DNA from: an uncultured Gammaproteobacteria bacterium
Lineage (GTDB): Bacteria; Patescibacteriota; Microgenomatia; Daviesbacterales; UBA10151
Assembly: GCA_964523905.1 (NCBI GenBank)
Contig: CAZFYQ010000003.1
Coordinates: 28,976 to 92,975 of the forward strand
Direction: 5' to 3'
DNA: 64,000 nt
Position numbers and translations under genes: made by a program. The notes beneath the pieces are model-generated. The model worked only from the letters and a program-made list of their open reading frames with translations. It was not told where the DNA came from and made no database searches. The first letter of the stretch is position 1; every line of letters starts with the position of its first letter. Shown here piece after piece: positions 29,059-38,818 of this stretch.

Positions 29059-30049
29059 AATAATCTACCCACGGGATTAAACTGGGGTCTTGGCCATAGA
29101 GCATGGCTAACTCATAAGTTAAGTAACCTCCGAAAGACAAGACATTTAAGACTTGGGATAATTTAGAAGAACCAGATGGCTTATATTCATCAAACTCGAC
29201 ATTATTTTTACCAACCACATCTTTAGTTAGTTCCACCCGTTTTTTTAATTTATCAGAATATAAATCAGAGTTTAAAAATAAAATGAAAAGTTTCTTACCG
29301 GCAGGGTTTTTCAAACCTTCCATTAGATGATGGTTCAGCTCAGACAGCTCAGAGAATGCAGAGAAACTTTTGGCTGTTTCATTAGTTTGGTTTCTGACAA
29401 TGTGAGCATTGCCGTTTAGAAATTCGGCTGCAAAATAAACCGGAATTGACCCATTAATTTTGTCAGCCAGTCTTTTGGCTTGTTGCTTAATTACTTCTGA
29501 AGCCTTTTTTAGTTCTGAAATTGCGGTTGCGACTTCTTCATCACTAACTGATAAATAGCCCAGCCTATTCAGCAAGGCAATAGTTCCCAGGACCATATAA
29601 CCTGTTCCTAGTCTTGGTTGTCCAGAAGGGTTAAACTTTGGTTCAAACTTAAGCCCTGGTAAGTTTTGTCCCCCGCTAATTCCGGTTAACTGCAGATTTT
29701 TTTGCTGGGCCTCTTTAAGACAGGATAAAACTTCCTCAGTGGTGCCGGAATAACTGGATAGAATAGCTAAAGTTTCCTCACTGGCAAATCCTGGCAAGTG
29801 ATAGTCATTATTAGAATATAAAGGCACTTTTAATTCATCTTTATATAAAGCAGAGACAATGTAGCCACCATAAGCAGAACCACCCATGCCGCAAACTACA
29901 ATATCTTTAGCATTCTTTAATTCCTCAGGAAAATCTGTTTCTTTAGCCAGCTGCCAGATTTGTTCACATTGATCAGCAAACATTCCAGTGGAACCTAATA
30001 CATCTTTGGGATCAAGTGGATTCATCCTCCTTATATTAACATGTGACAA
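29036..30049 (-). CDS. Bifunctional phosphoglucose/phosphomannose isomerase (SIS, PGI/PMI family)
   Basis: IVVCGMGGSAYGG and SYSGTTEE motifs typical of the archaeal-type PGI/PMI family. Confidence 0.75.
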   Translation of the reverse strand: MSHVNIRRMNPLDPKDVLGSTGMFADQCEQIWQLAKETDFPEELKNAKDIVVCGMGGSAYGGYIVSALYKDELKVPLYSNNDYHLPGFASEETLAILSSYSGTTEEVLSCLKEAQQKNLQLTGISGGQNLPGLKFEPKFNPSGQPRLGTGYMVLGTIALLNRLGYLSVSDEEVATAISELKKASEVIKQQAKRLADKINGSIPVYFAAEFLNGNAHIVRNQTNETAKSFSAFSELSELNHHLMEGLKNPAGKKLFILFLNSDLYSDKLKKRVELTKDVVGKNNVEFDEYKPSGSSKLSQVLNVLSFGGYLTYELAMLYGQDPSLIPWVDYFKEQLEK

Positions 30050-30077
30050 TCAGTAGGAAAAGTGGTATGTTTTAGGC

Positions 30078-31526
30078 ATGGATTCTTACGCTCTAATAAT
30101 CTTCGGCATTACCGGCAACTTAGCACAAATCAAATTAATCCCTGTTCTATATGACATGGCAGAGAAAGATTTACTGCCAGAGGGAATGATTATCCTTGGC
30201 ATTGCCAGAAAACCAATGACCAAAGAAGAATTTCAGGATTATTTTTATCAGACTCTAAAATCAGGTAACATTCATCACCAACATGAGATCAAAGATGAGG
30301 TATTTAAGAAGTTAAGTTCTAAAATTCATTATTTAGATGGTACGGTTGATGATCCTAATTTCTACCCTAGATTGAAAGATTATTTAGCAGACCTAAATAA
30401 AAAGGGCTATCACTGTGATAATCGAATTTATTATTTGGCAACTTATCCTGATCTCTATTCAAAAGTTTTTGAAGGCTTACAGAAAAGTGGCTTAAATAAA
30501 CAGGATGATGGTTGGGTACGTCTAATGATTGAAAAACCAATCGGACATGACTTGGAATCTGCAAAGGAGTTAAACCAACTATTACTAAAATACTTTACTG
30601 AGGATCAAATTTACAGATTGGATCATTACTTAGGCAAAGAAACCTTACAAAATATCCTCACCTTTAGATTTTCTAACGGCATTTTTGATCCGTTAATTAA
30701 TAAAGACTATATTGATCACATTCAAATCACAGCATCTGAGGACTTTGGTATTGGTAAACGCGGTGGTTATTATGACCAAACCGGTGCATTAAAAGATGTT
30801 GGTCAAAATCACCAGCTGCAAATGTTGGCTTTTGCCACCATGGATGCACCAGCTGAGTTTAGTAATGAAGCAGTAACCCGGGAACGCTTAAAAATTCTAC
30901 AAAGCTTAGTAGCAAAGCCAGAAGATGTGGTGTTTGGGCAATATGAGGATTATGATAAAGAGCCTAATGTTGATCCCAAATCAACCACTGATACTTACTA
31001 TGCTTTGAAAACTTATATTGATAACGAGCGGTTTAAAGGAGTGCCAATTTATATCCGTGCTGGCAAAAAATTAAACCAAACTGTGACTGAAATTAGCATT
31101 GTATTTAAAAACCCAATCAACCGGCTGTTAAAAAATGTTGCCGCAGGAGATAACCCTAATGTTTTAATTTATCGGATACAGCCTAATGAAGGCATTGTTT
31201 TAAAAATTCTGACTAAGGTTCCCGGCCATGAAATTAAATTAGAACCAGAGTATATGCAATTTTGCTACAAACTGGACCCTCATCAGCACTATATTCCTGA
31301 TCCTTATGAACGATTATTAGTTGATACTATGCAAGGAGACCAAACCTTTTTTAACGATGCCGAGGAAGTGGAAGCTCAGTGGGCTTTTATTGATAAACTA
31401 GTCGCTAAAAGAGGCAAACCAACTATATATAAGGCCGGATCATGGGGTCCTAAAGAGGCTGATGAATTACTAGAAAAAGATGGTCGAAGCTGGCTGGAAC
31501 CTTCCATGGATTTCTGTCGTATATGA
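30078..31526 (+). CDS. zwf: Glucose-6-phosphate 1-dehydrogenase
   Basis: NAD(P) motif IIFGITGNLAQIKL, active site RLDHYLGKE, and a C-terminal G6PD domain. Confidence 0.9.
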   Translation: MDSYALIIFGITGNLAQIKLIPVLYDMAEKDLLPEGMIILGIARKPMTKEEFQDYFYQTLKSGNIHHQHEIKDEVFKKLSSKIHYLDGTVDDPNFYPRLKDYLADLNKKGYHCDNRIYYLATYPDLYSKVFEGLQKSGLNKQDDGWVRLMIEKPIGHDLESAKELNQLLLKYFTEDQIYRLDHYLGKETLQNILTFRFSNGIFDPLINKDYIDHIQITASEDFGIGKRGGYYDQTGALKDVGQNHQLQMLAFATMDAPAEFSNEAVTRERLKILQSLVAKPEDVVFGQYEDYDKEPNVDPKSTTDTYYALKTYIDNERFKGVPIYIRAGKKLNQTVTEISIVFKNPINRLLKNVAAGDNPNVLIYRIQPNEGIVLKILTKVPGHEIKLEPEYMQFCYKLDPHQHYIPDPYERLLVDTMQGDQTFFNDAEEVEAQWAFIDKLVAKRGKPTIYKAGSWGPKEADELLEKDGRSWLEPSMDFCRI

Positions 31527-32239
31527 AAATAACTTTTCTGGGCACTAATGGCTGGTATACTACTCCTACAGGTAACACACCGAGTGTTTTAATCGATGCT
31601 AAGGAAGGCTATGTTGTCTTTGATGCCGGTAATGGAATTTATAAACTGGCTGATTATATTAAAGAAGATAAGCCAGTTAGTCTATTTATCTCCCATTTTC
31701 ATCTGGATCATGTTTCAGGATTACATTCCAGTGTAATGAATGTCAATATGAATGTGTATATGGGACCGAATCGAAAAAAAGACTATGACATTTTAATGAA
31801 TCCTCCATTTAGCAACCCCAAACCATGGCAGGTAAAAGAGTTAAACTTAGGGATTAATGATGTGGGTTTTCCTGTTGAGGTGTTTGAAATGCATCATGCC
31901 TATACTGACCACGGTTTTCGAGTGACTTTGGAAGGTAAAACTATTTCCTACTCCGGAGACACCGGAATTTGTGATAATTCTATTCCTTTAGCCAAAGACT
32001 GCGATCTACTTATCCATGAATGCTCCGGCTTAGATAAAGGCGATCCCGAGTGGGGTCATGTAAATGCGACAGAAGCTGCTCAGTTGGCTAAAGATACTAA
32101 TGTTAAAAAGCTAGTACTTAACCATTTTGATGCTTCTGTATATACAGACTTAGAGAAAAGAAAGATTGCTGAAAACATGGCCCAGGAAATTTTCCCTGAA
32201 TCTCAAATAGCCACTGATAACCTAACAATTACTCTGTAA
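31523..32239 (+). CDS. MBL-fold metallo-hydrolase (candidate lactonase)
   Basis: HFHLDH (HxHxDH) metal motif. Start overlaps the zwf stop (ATGA). Confidence 0.75.
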   Translation: MKITFLGTNGWYTTPTGNTPSVLIDAKEGYVVFDAGNGIYKLADYIKEDKPVSLFISHFHLDHVSGLHSSVMNVNMNVYMGPNRKKDYDILMNPPFSNPKPWQVKELNLGINDVGFPVEVFEMHHAYTDHGFRVTLEGKTISYSGDTGICDNSIPLAKDCDLLIHECSGLDKGDPEWGHVNATEAAQLAKDTNVKKLVLNHFDASVYTDLEKRKIAENMAQEIFPESQIATDNLTITL

Positions 32240-33194
32240 TCTTTTTAACCGGGTGCCTACCAAATTGCCACCTCATAGCAGCTACTACCTTATTTCTAAA
32301 ACCAGCTGGAGAATCTTCTTTGTCCTGATCAGAAGCCCGTCTAACTGCCAATGAGGCCTCTATCACTGGTACCGGTACTTTTTTATCATGGGCAATTTCA
32401 ATGGTCCAGTCTGCTTCTGCTTTGGTTTTACCAGCTCCCCCACCGGAACCAATAACAGAAGAAATGGTTTTTAGCTCTGGGTCTTCCTGAAGTTCTTTTA
32501 ATGTCCAATCCACCAAACGTGAATCAACTATTGATTCATTATTATAAACTCTAAACACCTCTTTTAGGTCTAATTTAAAGTCAGAGTACTTCAATATTGC
32601 CGCACCTTCGGCAATTGCTTCCATCATGCCATATTCAATTCCGTTATGTACCATTTTGACAAAATGTCCGGCACCTAAATTACCCATCCATCCATAAGCT
32701 TTCGGCGCAGCAACTGCTTTAAAAAAAGGTTCGGCCATACCATAAGCTTCTTTCGGACCACCAATCATTAAGCAGGCTCCGGTTCTGGCTCCTTCTACCC
32801 CGCCTGAGGTGCCAACATCCATAAAATGGATTCCTTTTTCAGCTAATTGTTGGCCGCGTTTAATACTATCCTGGTAAAAAGAGTTACCTCCATCAATGAT
32901 AATGTCACCTTTAGATAGTTTAGGGATTAAATCAGTAAGTACCGCATCAACTGCCTCTGCTGAAACCATTAGCCAAATAATTCTGGGAGTATCTAGCTTT
33001 TCTATTAATTGATCAGTGGTTTCTGTAATTATTAAGTTCTCTGAACCATTTGATAAAACATCGGCCTCTTCTCTTAATTCTTCCCTGGGTTTTTCTGATC
33101 TGTTCCAGGCAATTACTTCAATATTGTGTTCCAGCAAATTAAGCGCAATATTTTTGCCCATCCGTCCCAAGCCAATAAAACCAATCTGTTGCAT
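32229..33194 (-). CDS. gnd: 6-phosphogluconate dehydrogenase, decarboxylating (short YqeC/Gnd-like form)
   Basis: IGFIGLGRMGKNIALNL Rossmann motif and the GHFVKMVHNGIEYG 6PGDH signature. Confidence 0.85.
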   Translation of the reverse strand: MQQIGFIGLGRMGKNIALNLLEHNIEVIAWNRSEKPREELREEADVLSNGSENLIITETTDQLIEKLDTPRIIWLMVSAEAVDAVLTDLIPKLSKGDIIIDGGNSFYQDSIKRGQQLAEKGIHFMDVGTSGGVEGARTGACLMIGGPKEAYGMAEPFFKAVAAPKAYGWMGNLGAGHFVKMVHNGIEYGMMEAIAEGAAILKYSDFKLDLKEVFRVYNNESIVDSRLVDWTLKELQEDPELKTISSVIGSGGGAGKTKAEADWTIEIAHDKKVPVPVIEASLAVRRASDQDKEDSPAGFRNKVVAAMRWQFGRHPVKKITE

Positions 33195-33238
33195 AGTGCT
33201 TGTAATTGTAAACTGAAAATTGTAAATTGTAAATTGAG

Positions 33239-34072
33239 ATGTATCTTGTATTTGACATTGGTGGTACGAAAATGAGAATTGCTACGGCCAGTGGCAATGA
33301 AGTTGGTGAACCCCGGATTATTCCCACTCCTTCAGGATTTGAAGAAGGATTACAGCAGATTAGAGCAATTGCCGGTGAACTGGCTCCTGGAGAAATTATT
33401 CAGGGTATTGCCGGTGGAATTGCCGGGCCACTGAACCCTGAAAAAACCATGCTGGTGAAAAGCCCTCACGTTGGTAATTGGGTGAATCAGCCTCTAAAGC
33501 AGAAGTTACAGGAAATGTTTAACTGCCCGGTTTTTCTGGAAAATGATGCTGATTTAGGAGGCTTGGGGGAAGCAACCCATGGAGCTGGCCAGCATCATAA
33601 TATTGTGGCATTTTTTACAATCAGCACCGGTGTTGGTGGAGCCAGAATCGTTGATCAAAAAATTGACCGGAATTCTTTAGGATTTGAGCCAGGACATCAA
33701 ATTATTGTGCCTAATGGAAACCAATGTGAATGCGGCGGTCAAGGCCACTTGGAGTCATACGTTGGCGGATTATACCTACAGAGAATTTATGGTTTAAAAG
33801 GCATCGAGATTACTGATCCAAAAACTTGGGACCAGATTGCTCATTTCCTGGCCCTGGGACTGACTAATAGCGTAGTTCATTGGTCACCGGATATCATCGT
33901 ACTTGGAGGCAGTGTTTCTAACAGTCTGCCGATTGAAACAGTGCAAAATTATTTACAAGAATATTTAACTATTTTTCCGAAAGGCCCGCAGGTTGTTAAA
34001 GGGACATTGGGAGATAAGGCCGGTTTATACGGGGGGTTAGCTTTGTTAAATACTGCCAATGAAAAAGGGTAA
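33239..34072 (+). CDS. ROK family glucokinase / sugar kinase
   Basis: ATP motif FDIGGTKMRIA and the ROK zinc motif CECGGQGHLESY. Confidence 0.8.
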   Translation: MYLVFDIGGTKMRIATASGNEVGEPRIIPTPSGFEEGLQQIRAIAGELAPGEIIQGIAGGIAGPLNPEKTMLVKSPHVGNWVNQPLKQKLQEMFNCPVFLENDADLGGLGEATHGAGQHHNIVAFFTISTGVGGARIVDQKIDRNSLGFEPGHQIIVPNGNQCECGGQGHLESYVGGLYLQRIYGLKGIEITDPKTWDQIAHFLALGLTNSVVHWSPDIIVLGGSVSNSLPIETVQNYLQEYLTIFPKGPQVVKGTLGDKAGLYGGLALLNTANEKG

Positions 34073-34535
34073 GCTTTCTTTGCCTACCCTTATCATTCCG
34101 TCACTAATTCTCTGTCAAGTATCAAATAGCTACTCCGATCACAATATCTGCCCATATATCTCTGCCTGATGTTCCTCTCCAACCACCCCTGGCAATATCC
34201 TGATGTAACACCTCATCTCTAGTAAACTCAAACATTTCAGTGTCCTGATCCTTTTTAATACTTGGATTTCTTTTCTTACCTTTTCTTAACTTCGGCATAT
34301 TTATTTTTACCTCCTTTCTTTAAAGATAAACCTCCTTACCGACCACTAACTTTAGTGGCCGGACTCATCCTGTTCAGGCTGTTCCTGATTAGTTTGATCT
34401 TCTTTGGTTTGGTCTTGATCTTGATTCATTTTTTACCTCCTTTCTTTATGGATTTTCAGTATGCTGGTATCATAAAGCACATAGGTGAGAGAAAAAGAAA
34501 AATTAGGTAAGTAATCTGTTAGAATAAGGGTGTCC

Positions 34536-34608
34536 GCCCCTGTAGCTCAGTAGATAGAGCGCTTCGCTTCGGACGAATAGGCCGAGGGTGCAATTCCTTC
34601 CAGGGGCA
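34536..34608 (+). tRNA. tRNA-Arg (anticodon TCG), atypical
   Basis: Acceptor gcccctg/caggggc, D arm gctc...gagc, anticodon loop ctTCGga. A C:U mismatch closes the anticodon stem. The T-loop tgcaatt has G at position 55 instead of T/Psi. No CCA is encoded. Confidence 0.55.
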
Positions 34609-34702
34609 CACAGTGCAAGCAAGGGTTCGTTCATCCCGATTATGATCGGAATGCTTTGCAAAGCAAAGTTCCTGCCGGGGGCACATATGCTAGAATAATT
34701 TA

Positions 34703-36229
34703 GTGCAGATTTTATATTCCAAAAAATTTCTTACAGTTGCTGCTTTAATACTGACAATTTTAGTTTTAATCATTGGACATCAAAAAAGATCAATTGCTTA
34801 TTCAACCACCCCTGATAGCGGTATTTTAGATGAGTTAAGTTATACCTGGGAAGGCATGAGTATCCGTCAAACAGGTGTGCCTGTTGGCTGGTCAGATAGC
34901 GGGGTTTATCATGGTGGTGATATTAACAAACGTGGTGAGGTGGGAGGAATTAAAGACTTTTATATTCAGTTAGATGGCAAACAAGTAAATTTTGCCAATA
35001 TTCATCAATTTAAAACACCTTTTTATGCTATTTTAGATTTTGATATTTCCAAGCAGACCCAAAGCCGGGACCGGATGGGCTTAAGCCAAATTGATCTGGT
35101 GGCACCTTTTTTTGATCATCCACCGCTGGGAGGCTTAATTTATAGCTTGGCAGTAACTCCGCAGACTAAAACTTTTAGTGATGTTACAACTTTCCAAACC
35201 CGCAAAGTCAGTTTGTATTTGGCAATTATTACTGGCGCATTACTTTTTATTCTGGCTTTTCTAATTACAGGTAATCCTTGGGTGGGTTTGTTGGCAACTT
35301 CGATCTATAATTTTGCTCCGGCATATTTTTTTGCCAGCAGGCCAGCATTTTTGGAAAATGTAATTGCTCCTTTTGCGCTGTTACAGCTGGTCTTGTTGTT
35401 TCTTAGTTTCCGCTATCCTGCTAAAAAAATGTGGTTAATGGGACTGGCAGGTTTGGTTGCTGGTTTAACAGTGTTAGTTAAGGAATCCGGATTAGGATTC
35501 ATGCTCGGCTCTTTGATAATTATGAGACTTCAGAAGCTGGAAAGAAAAGATTTCTATGCTTACCTGAAATTTTTTGCAGTGCCGGTGGTTCTATATATTG
35601 TTTGGGGCATGTATTTATCAGCTGACACCTTTTTTAAGATCATTATTTTTAATGGCAGTAGACAATTTTGGGGAGCTTTGAATTTCCTAACCATGTTTAC
35701 ATCCCTCAGGCTGAAGGATTTTCCATTTGATGGCTGGTGGGTGTTTGGTTTTATATCCTGGATGATTTTAGCCTTAAATAAAGGTAAAATTTCTAATACT
35801 TGGATGATTGCACCGCTGGCTCACCTGATATTGATCCTTTTTCTGGGCGGATTTAACTATTCCTGGTATTACTTGGCTTTAGTCCCATTCTTGGCTTTAG
35901 GTTCAGCGATAGTGCTATGGCAACTATTAATTGCCCCTGGGCTGGTGGAACTAATTACTTTTTTTGTTTTTCCAGCATCCAGTAGTTTGTACTGGGGACA
36001 TGAGCTGACTCAGTTTACTCCTTCTATTTTGGAGTACCGTTTGTTTATGTTAGCTACTTTTGGCCTGGGCTCTTTAGCAATCCTTAAGAATAATAAAAAA
36101 TTGCTGCTAGCTTGGAGAATATTTCTGATAATAACCCTGATAATCCTAATGGCCTTTAATTACAAATCCCTTTCCTACATCATGTCCCACTGGGGCAAAT
36201 CATCCTACCCCAGCCTACCCCCAACGTAA
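34703..36229 (+). CDS. GT-C fold glycosyltransferase (GT39/GT83, PMT/ArnT-like) polytopic membrane protein
   Basis: N-terminal TM, then a DE motif (ILDELSY) in the first extracytoplasmic loop, then ~10 more TM helices. Confidence 0.55.
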   Translation: MQILYSKKFLTVAALILTILVLIIGHQKRSIAYSTTPDSGILDELSYTWEGMSIRQTGVPVGWSDSGVYHGGDINKRGEVGGIKDFYIQLDGKQVNFANIHQFKTPFYAILDFDISKQTQSRDRMGLSQIDLVAPFFDHPPLGGLIYSLAVTPQTKTFSDVTTFQTRKVSLYLAIITGALLFILAFLITGNPWVGLLATSIYNFAPAYFFASRPAFLENVIAPFALLQLVLLFLSFRYPAKKMWLMGLAGLVAGLTVLVKESGLGFMLGSLIIMRLQKLERKDFYAYLKFFAVPVVLYIVWGMYLSADTFFKIIIFNGSRQFWGALNFLTMFTSLRLKDFPFDGWWVFGFISWMILALNKGKISNTWMIAPLAHLILILFLGGFNYSWYYLALVPFLALGSAIVLWQLLIAPGLVELITFFVFPASSSLYWGHELTQFTPSILEYRLFMLATFGLGSLAILKNNKKLLLAWRIFLIITLIILMAFNYKSLSYIMSHWGKSSYPSLPPT

Positions 36230-36236
36230 ATCTTTC

Positions 36237-36773
36237 TTGTATAATGACCCTATGAAAGAAGGAACACCGCAAGATATTGTAGAGCAGTACAAGACAGTAA
36301 CCGGAAATTTAGATCAAATGTTTGTAATAGCTAGTTCTAGAACAAAACAAGAGTTTTGGCGGCAAGACGGTGTGGGAAGTTGTGCAGTAGTAACAAATAA
36401 GGCAATTGCTGAGCTTGGTATTTTAGATAATGAGGCTGGTAGACTGTTAATTGTTGCGCGCGAAGATAAAGATAGAGAAATCAGGGGGAGATCCGGAGCT
36501 ACTGGCTGTCCATACCATAGAATTAACCATGGTTGTATTTTAGGGGAATTAAAATCACCAATTTGTGTGGGCTATTTTGATAATCCTGATGAATGGGAAA
36601 ACAAATTCGGTATTGATGCAGACCAGCTTAGAGAGGAAATAAGTAATACCTTATACAGCGTTCTAACTGGGCAAGGCTTAGAAGAACCACAACCTATAAA
36701 TGAATTTGTTATGAAAATTAAGGATCTTACGGCTCATATTGAACAGAAACCCATGTTATTTGATAAATCTTAA
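36237..36773 (+). CDS. Hypothetical Cys/His-containing protein
   Basis: ORF only. The CPYHRINHGC...PICVGYF cluster may bind metal. Confidence 0.4.
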   Translation: MYNDPMKEGTPQDIVEQYKTVTGNLDQMFVIASSRTKQEFWRQDGVGSCAVVTNKAIAELGILDNEAGRLLIVAREDKDREIRGRSGATGCPYHRINHGCILGELKSPICVGYFDNPDEWENKFGIDADQLREEISNTLYSVLTGQGLEEPQPINEFVMKIKDLTAHIEQKPMLFDKS

Positions 36774-36842
36774 ATTTGTGATCCGGGTGAGAAAATATGC
36801 CCTTTTTCTTCGAAAAAGAGCGAACTCACAACCAATTAGATG

Positions 36843-36914
36843 TGGGTCGGCCGGGATTCGAACCCGGAACCAATAACTTAAGAGGCTACTGCTCTACCGT
36901 TGAGCTACCGACCC
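36843..36914 (-). tRNA. tRNA-Lys (anticodon CTT)
   Basis: Reverse complement folds as acceptor gggtcgg/ccgaccc, anticodon loop ctCTTaa, and T-loop ttcgaat. Confidence 0.85.
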
Positions 36915-36947
36915 AATTTGTATATTCTAGCAATTTATGAGTAAAAA

Positions 36948-36956
36948 TGGTATTAT
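36948..36956 (+). promoter_or_regulatory. Extended -10 promoter (TGgTATTAT) for typA
   Basis: Sequence match about 43 nt upstream of the typA ATG. Confidence 0.4.
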
Positions 36957-36972
36957 ACGTTACCTGCCAGCG

Positions 36973-36995
36973 ATCCCGCTTAGGCGGGATTTTTT
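36973..36995 (+). terminator. Terminator-like hairpin in the typA leader
   Basis: Hairpin atcccgc-ttag-gcgggat followed by TTTTT, ending 3 nt before the typA start codon. It lies downstream of the TGgTATTAT -10 element. Confidence 0.45.
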
Positions 36996-36998
36996 AAT

Positions 36999-38777
36999 AT
37001 GGATATAAGGAACGTCGCCATCATTGCTCACGTTGATCACGGTAAAACTACTTTGGTAGATGCCTTGCTTCGTCAATCTTCAACTGATTTAGGTAAAGGT
37101 TTTACTGATGAAAGCCATTTAATTATGGATAGTAATGACTTGGAAAAAGAACGCGGCATTACGATTTTCTCCAAGAATGCCTCTGTTCACTGGAAAGACA
37201 CTAAAATTAATATCATTGATACACCGGGGCATGCTGATTTTGGTGGTGAAGTGGAGAGAGTCTTAAAAATGGCAGATGGTGCCTTACTTTTAATTGATGC
37301 TAAAGAAGGTCCAATGCCACAAACCCGATTTGTTTTGAAAAAAGCTTTGGAAATGAAGCTAAAAATTATTGTGGTGGTTAATAAAATTGATAAACCGGAT
37401 GCCAGAATCAGCCATGTCCTCAATAAAGTGTTTGACCTATTTATCGAGCTGGGTGCAGATGAGGAAACAGCCTACTTCCCCACTCTTTATGCTTCTGGAA
37501 AACAAGGCAAAGCTGGTTTAGAACCAGATTTGTCAAAGATGACTAATATTTCTCCAGTATTTGATGCCATTGTTAAAGAAATCCCAGCTCCGGCTTCTGA
37601 TGAAACAGCACCTTTGCAAATCCTGATTACCAATACTTTGTATGATAATTTTAAAGGCCGAATTGCCACTGGTCGAGTTTACAATGGCACTGTTAAAACC
37701 GGACAAGACGTGGCACACATCAACCGTGATGGCCTGGTCAAAAAGTTTAAGTTAACTTCTTTAATGGGTTTTGAAGGGTTAAATAGGGTGGATATTACTG
37801 AGGCCAAAGCCGGAGACATTATTGCTTTGTCAGGAATTCCGGATATTACTATTGGTGAAACTATTGCTGATCCAATTACCCCGATTGCTTTACCTGTTTT
37901 AGATATTGAAGAATCAACTGTTAGGATGAGTTTTGGAGTCAATACTTCCCCATTTGCCGGACGGGAGGGTGAGTTTAAAACAGCCAGACAAATTAGGGAC
38001 CGCTTACTTAAAGCCGCAGAAGCTGATGTGGCTTTAACAGTAGAAGATGGTGCATCCGGTGAAATGAAAGTGTCCGGCCGTGGAGAGCTACATTTGGCAA
38101 TTTTGATTGAAAGACTGCGTCGTGAAGGTTATGAATTCCAAGTTGGTAAGCCACAAGTGATTGAAAAAACTGAAAACGGCAAACTAATGACTCCTTATGA
38201 AAAAGTGGCGATTGAGGTTCCGGAAAACTTGTCTGGTACAGTAATGCAAAATATGGGTCTTAGACACGGTACCTTGGTAGAAATGAGCACAGAAAGTAAT
38301 GTTACTTACATGGAATTTATTATTGCTACTAAAGAATTCTTTGGTTACCGTAGCCAATTTGTGACTGACACCAAAGGCTTAGGGGTATTAAATTCCTCCT
38401 TCTTTGAATATCGGGTTGATCCTGGTGGTAAATATGAAAGACAACAAGGGTCTTTGGTGGTTCATGAAACCGGATCTACTAAACTGTATGCTTTAACAGG
38501 AGCTCAAGACAGAGGAAACTTGTTTATTGGTCCGGCTACAGAGGTTTACAAGGGTCAGGTAATTGGTTCCAGCTCCCGAGGAGATGATATTAGTATTAAT
38601 GTTTGTAAAGAAAAACAGCAAACCAACCATCGTTCATCCGGTGAAGGAATTTCTGATCACTTTAATACACCAAAACTAATGAGCTTGGAAAACGCTATTG
38701 AATATATTAATGACACCGAACTAGTTGAAGTAACCCCCAAAAACATCCGCATCCGCAAAATAGATTTAGGAAGGTAA
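36999..38777 (+). CDS. typA: Translational GTPase TypA/BipA
   Basis: AIIAHVDHGKTTLVDALL G1, DTPGHADF, NKIDK; 592 aa with EF-G-like domains. Confidence 0.9.
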   Translation: MDIRNVAIIAHVDHGKTTLVDALLRQSSTDLGKGFTDESHLIMDSNDLEKERGITIFSKNASVHWKDTKINIIDTPGHADFGGEVERVLKMADGALLLIDAKEGPMPQTRFVLKKALEMKLKIIVVVNKIDKPDARISHVLNKVFDLFIELGADEETAYFPTLYASGKQGKAGLEPDLSKMTNISPVFDAIVKEIPAPASDETAPLQILITNTLYDNFKGRIATGRVYNGTVKTGQDVAHINRDGLVKKFKLTSLMGFEGLNRVDITEAKAGDIIALSGIPDITIGETIADPITPIALPVLDIEESTVRMSFGVNTSPFAGREGEFKTARQIRDRLLKAAEADVALTVEDGASGEMKVSGRGELHLAILIERLRREGYEFQVGKPQVIEKTENGKLMTPYEKVAIEVPENLSGTVMQNMGLRHGTLVEMSTESNVTYMEFIIATKEFFGYRSQFVTDTKGLGVLNSSFFEYRVDPGGKYERQQGSLVVHETGSTKLYALTGAQDRGNLFIGPATEVYKGQVIGSSSRGDDISINVCKEKQQTNHRSSGEGISDHFNTPKLMSLENAIEYINDTELVEVTPKNIRIRKIDLGR

Positions 38778-38818
38778 AATTTTTAATTATATCCTTCACT
38801 TCGTTCAGGATGACAAGA

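Noticed and set aside
34127-34433. Two tiny minus-strand ORFs (58-aa basic, 25-aa acidic) in the gap after the ROK kinase gene
   Set aside because: They are below the size cutoff, have no motifs, and may simply be promoter or UTR sequence. Not called.
34520-34700. tmRNA, RNase P RNA or SRP RNA in the tRNA-Arg trailer
   Set aside because: The region is too short for tmRNA or RNase P, and it lacks the SRP domain IV GGAA/AGCAG motifs and a tRNA-like T-arm near its 3' end. It is left as an unassigned structured trailer.
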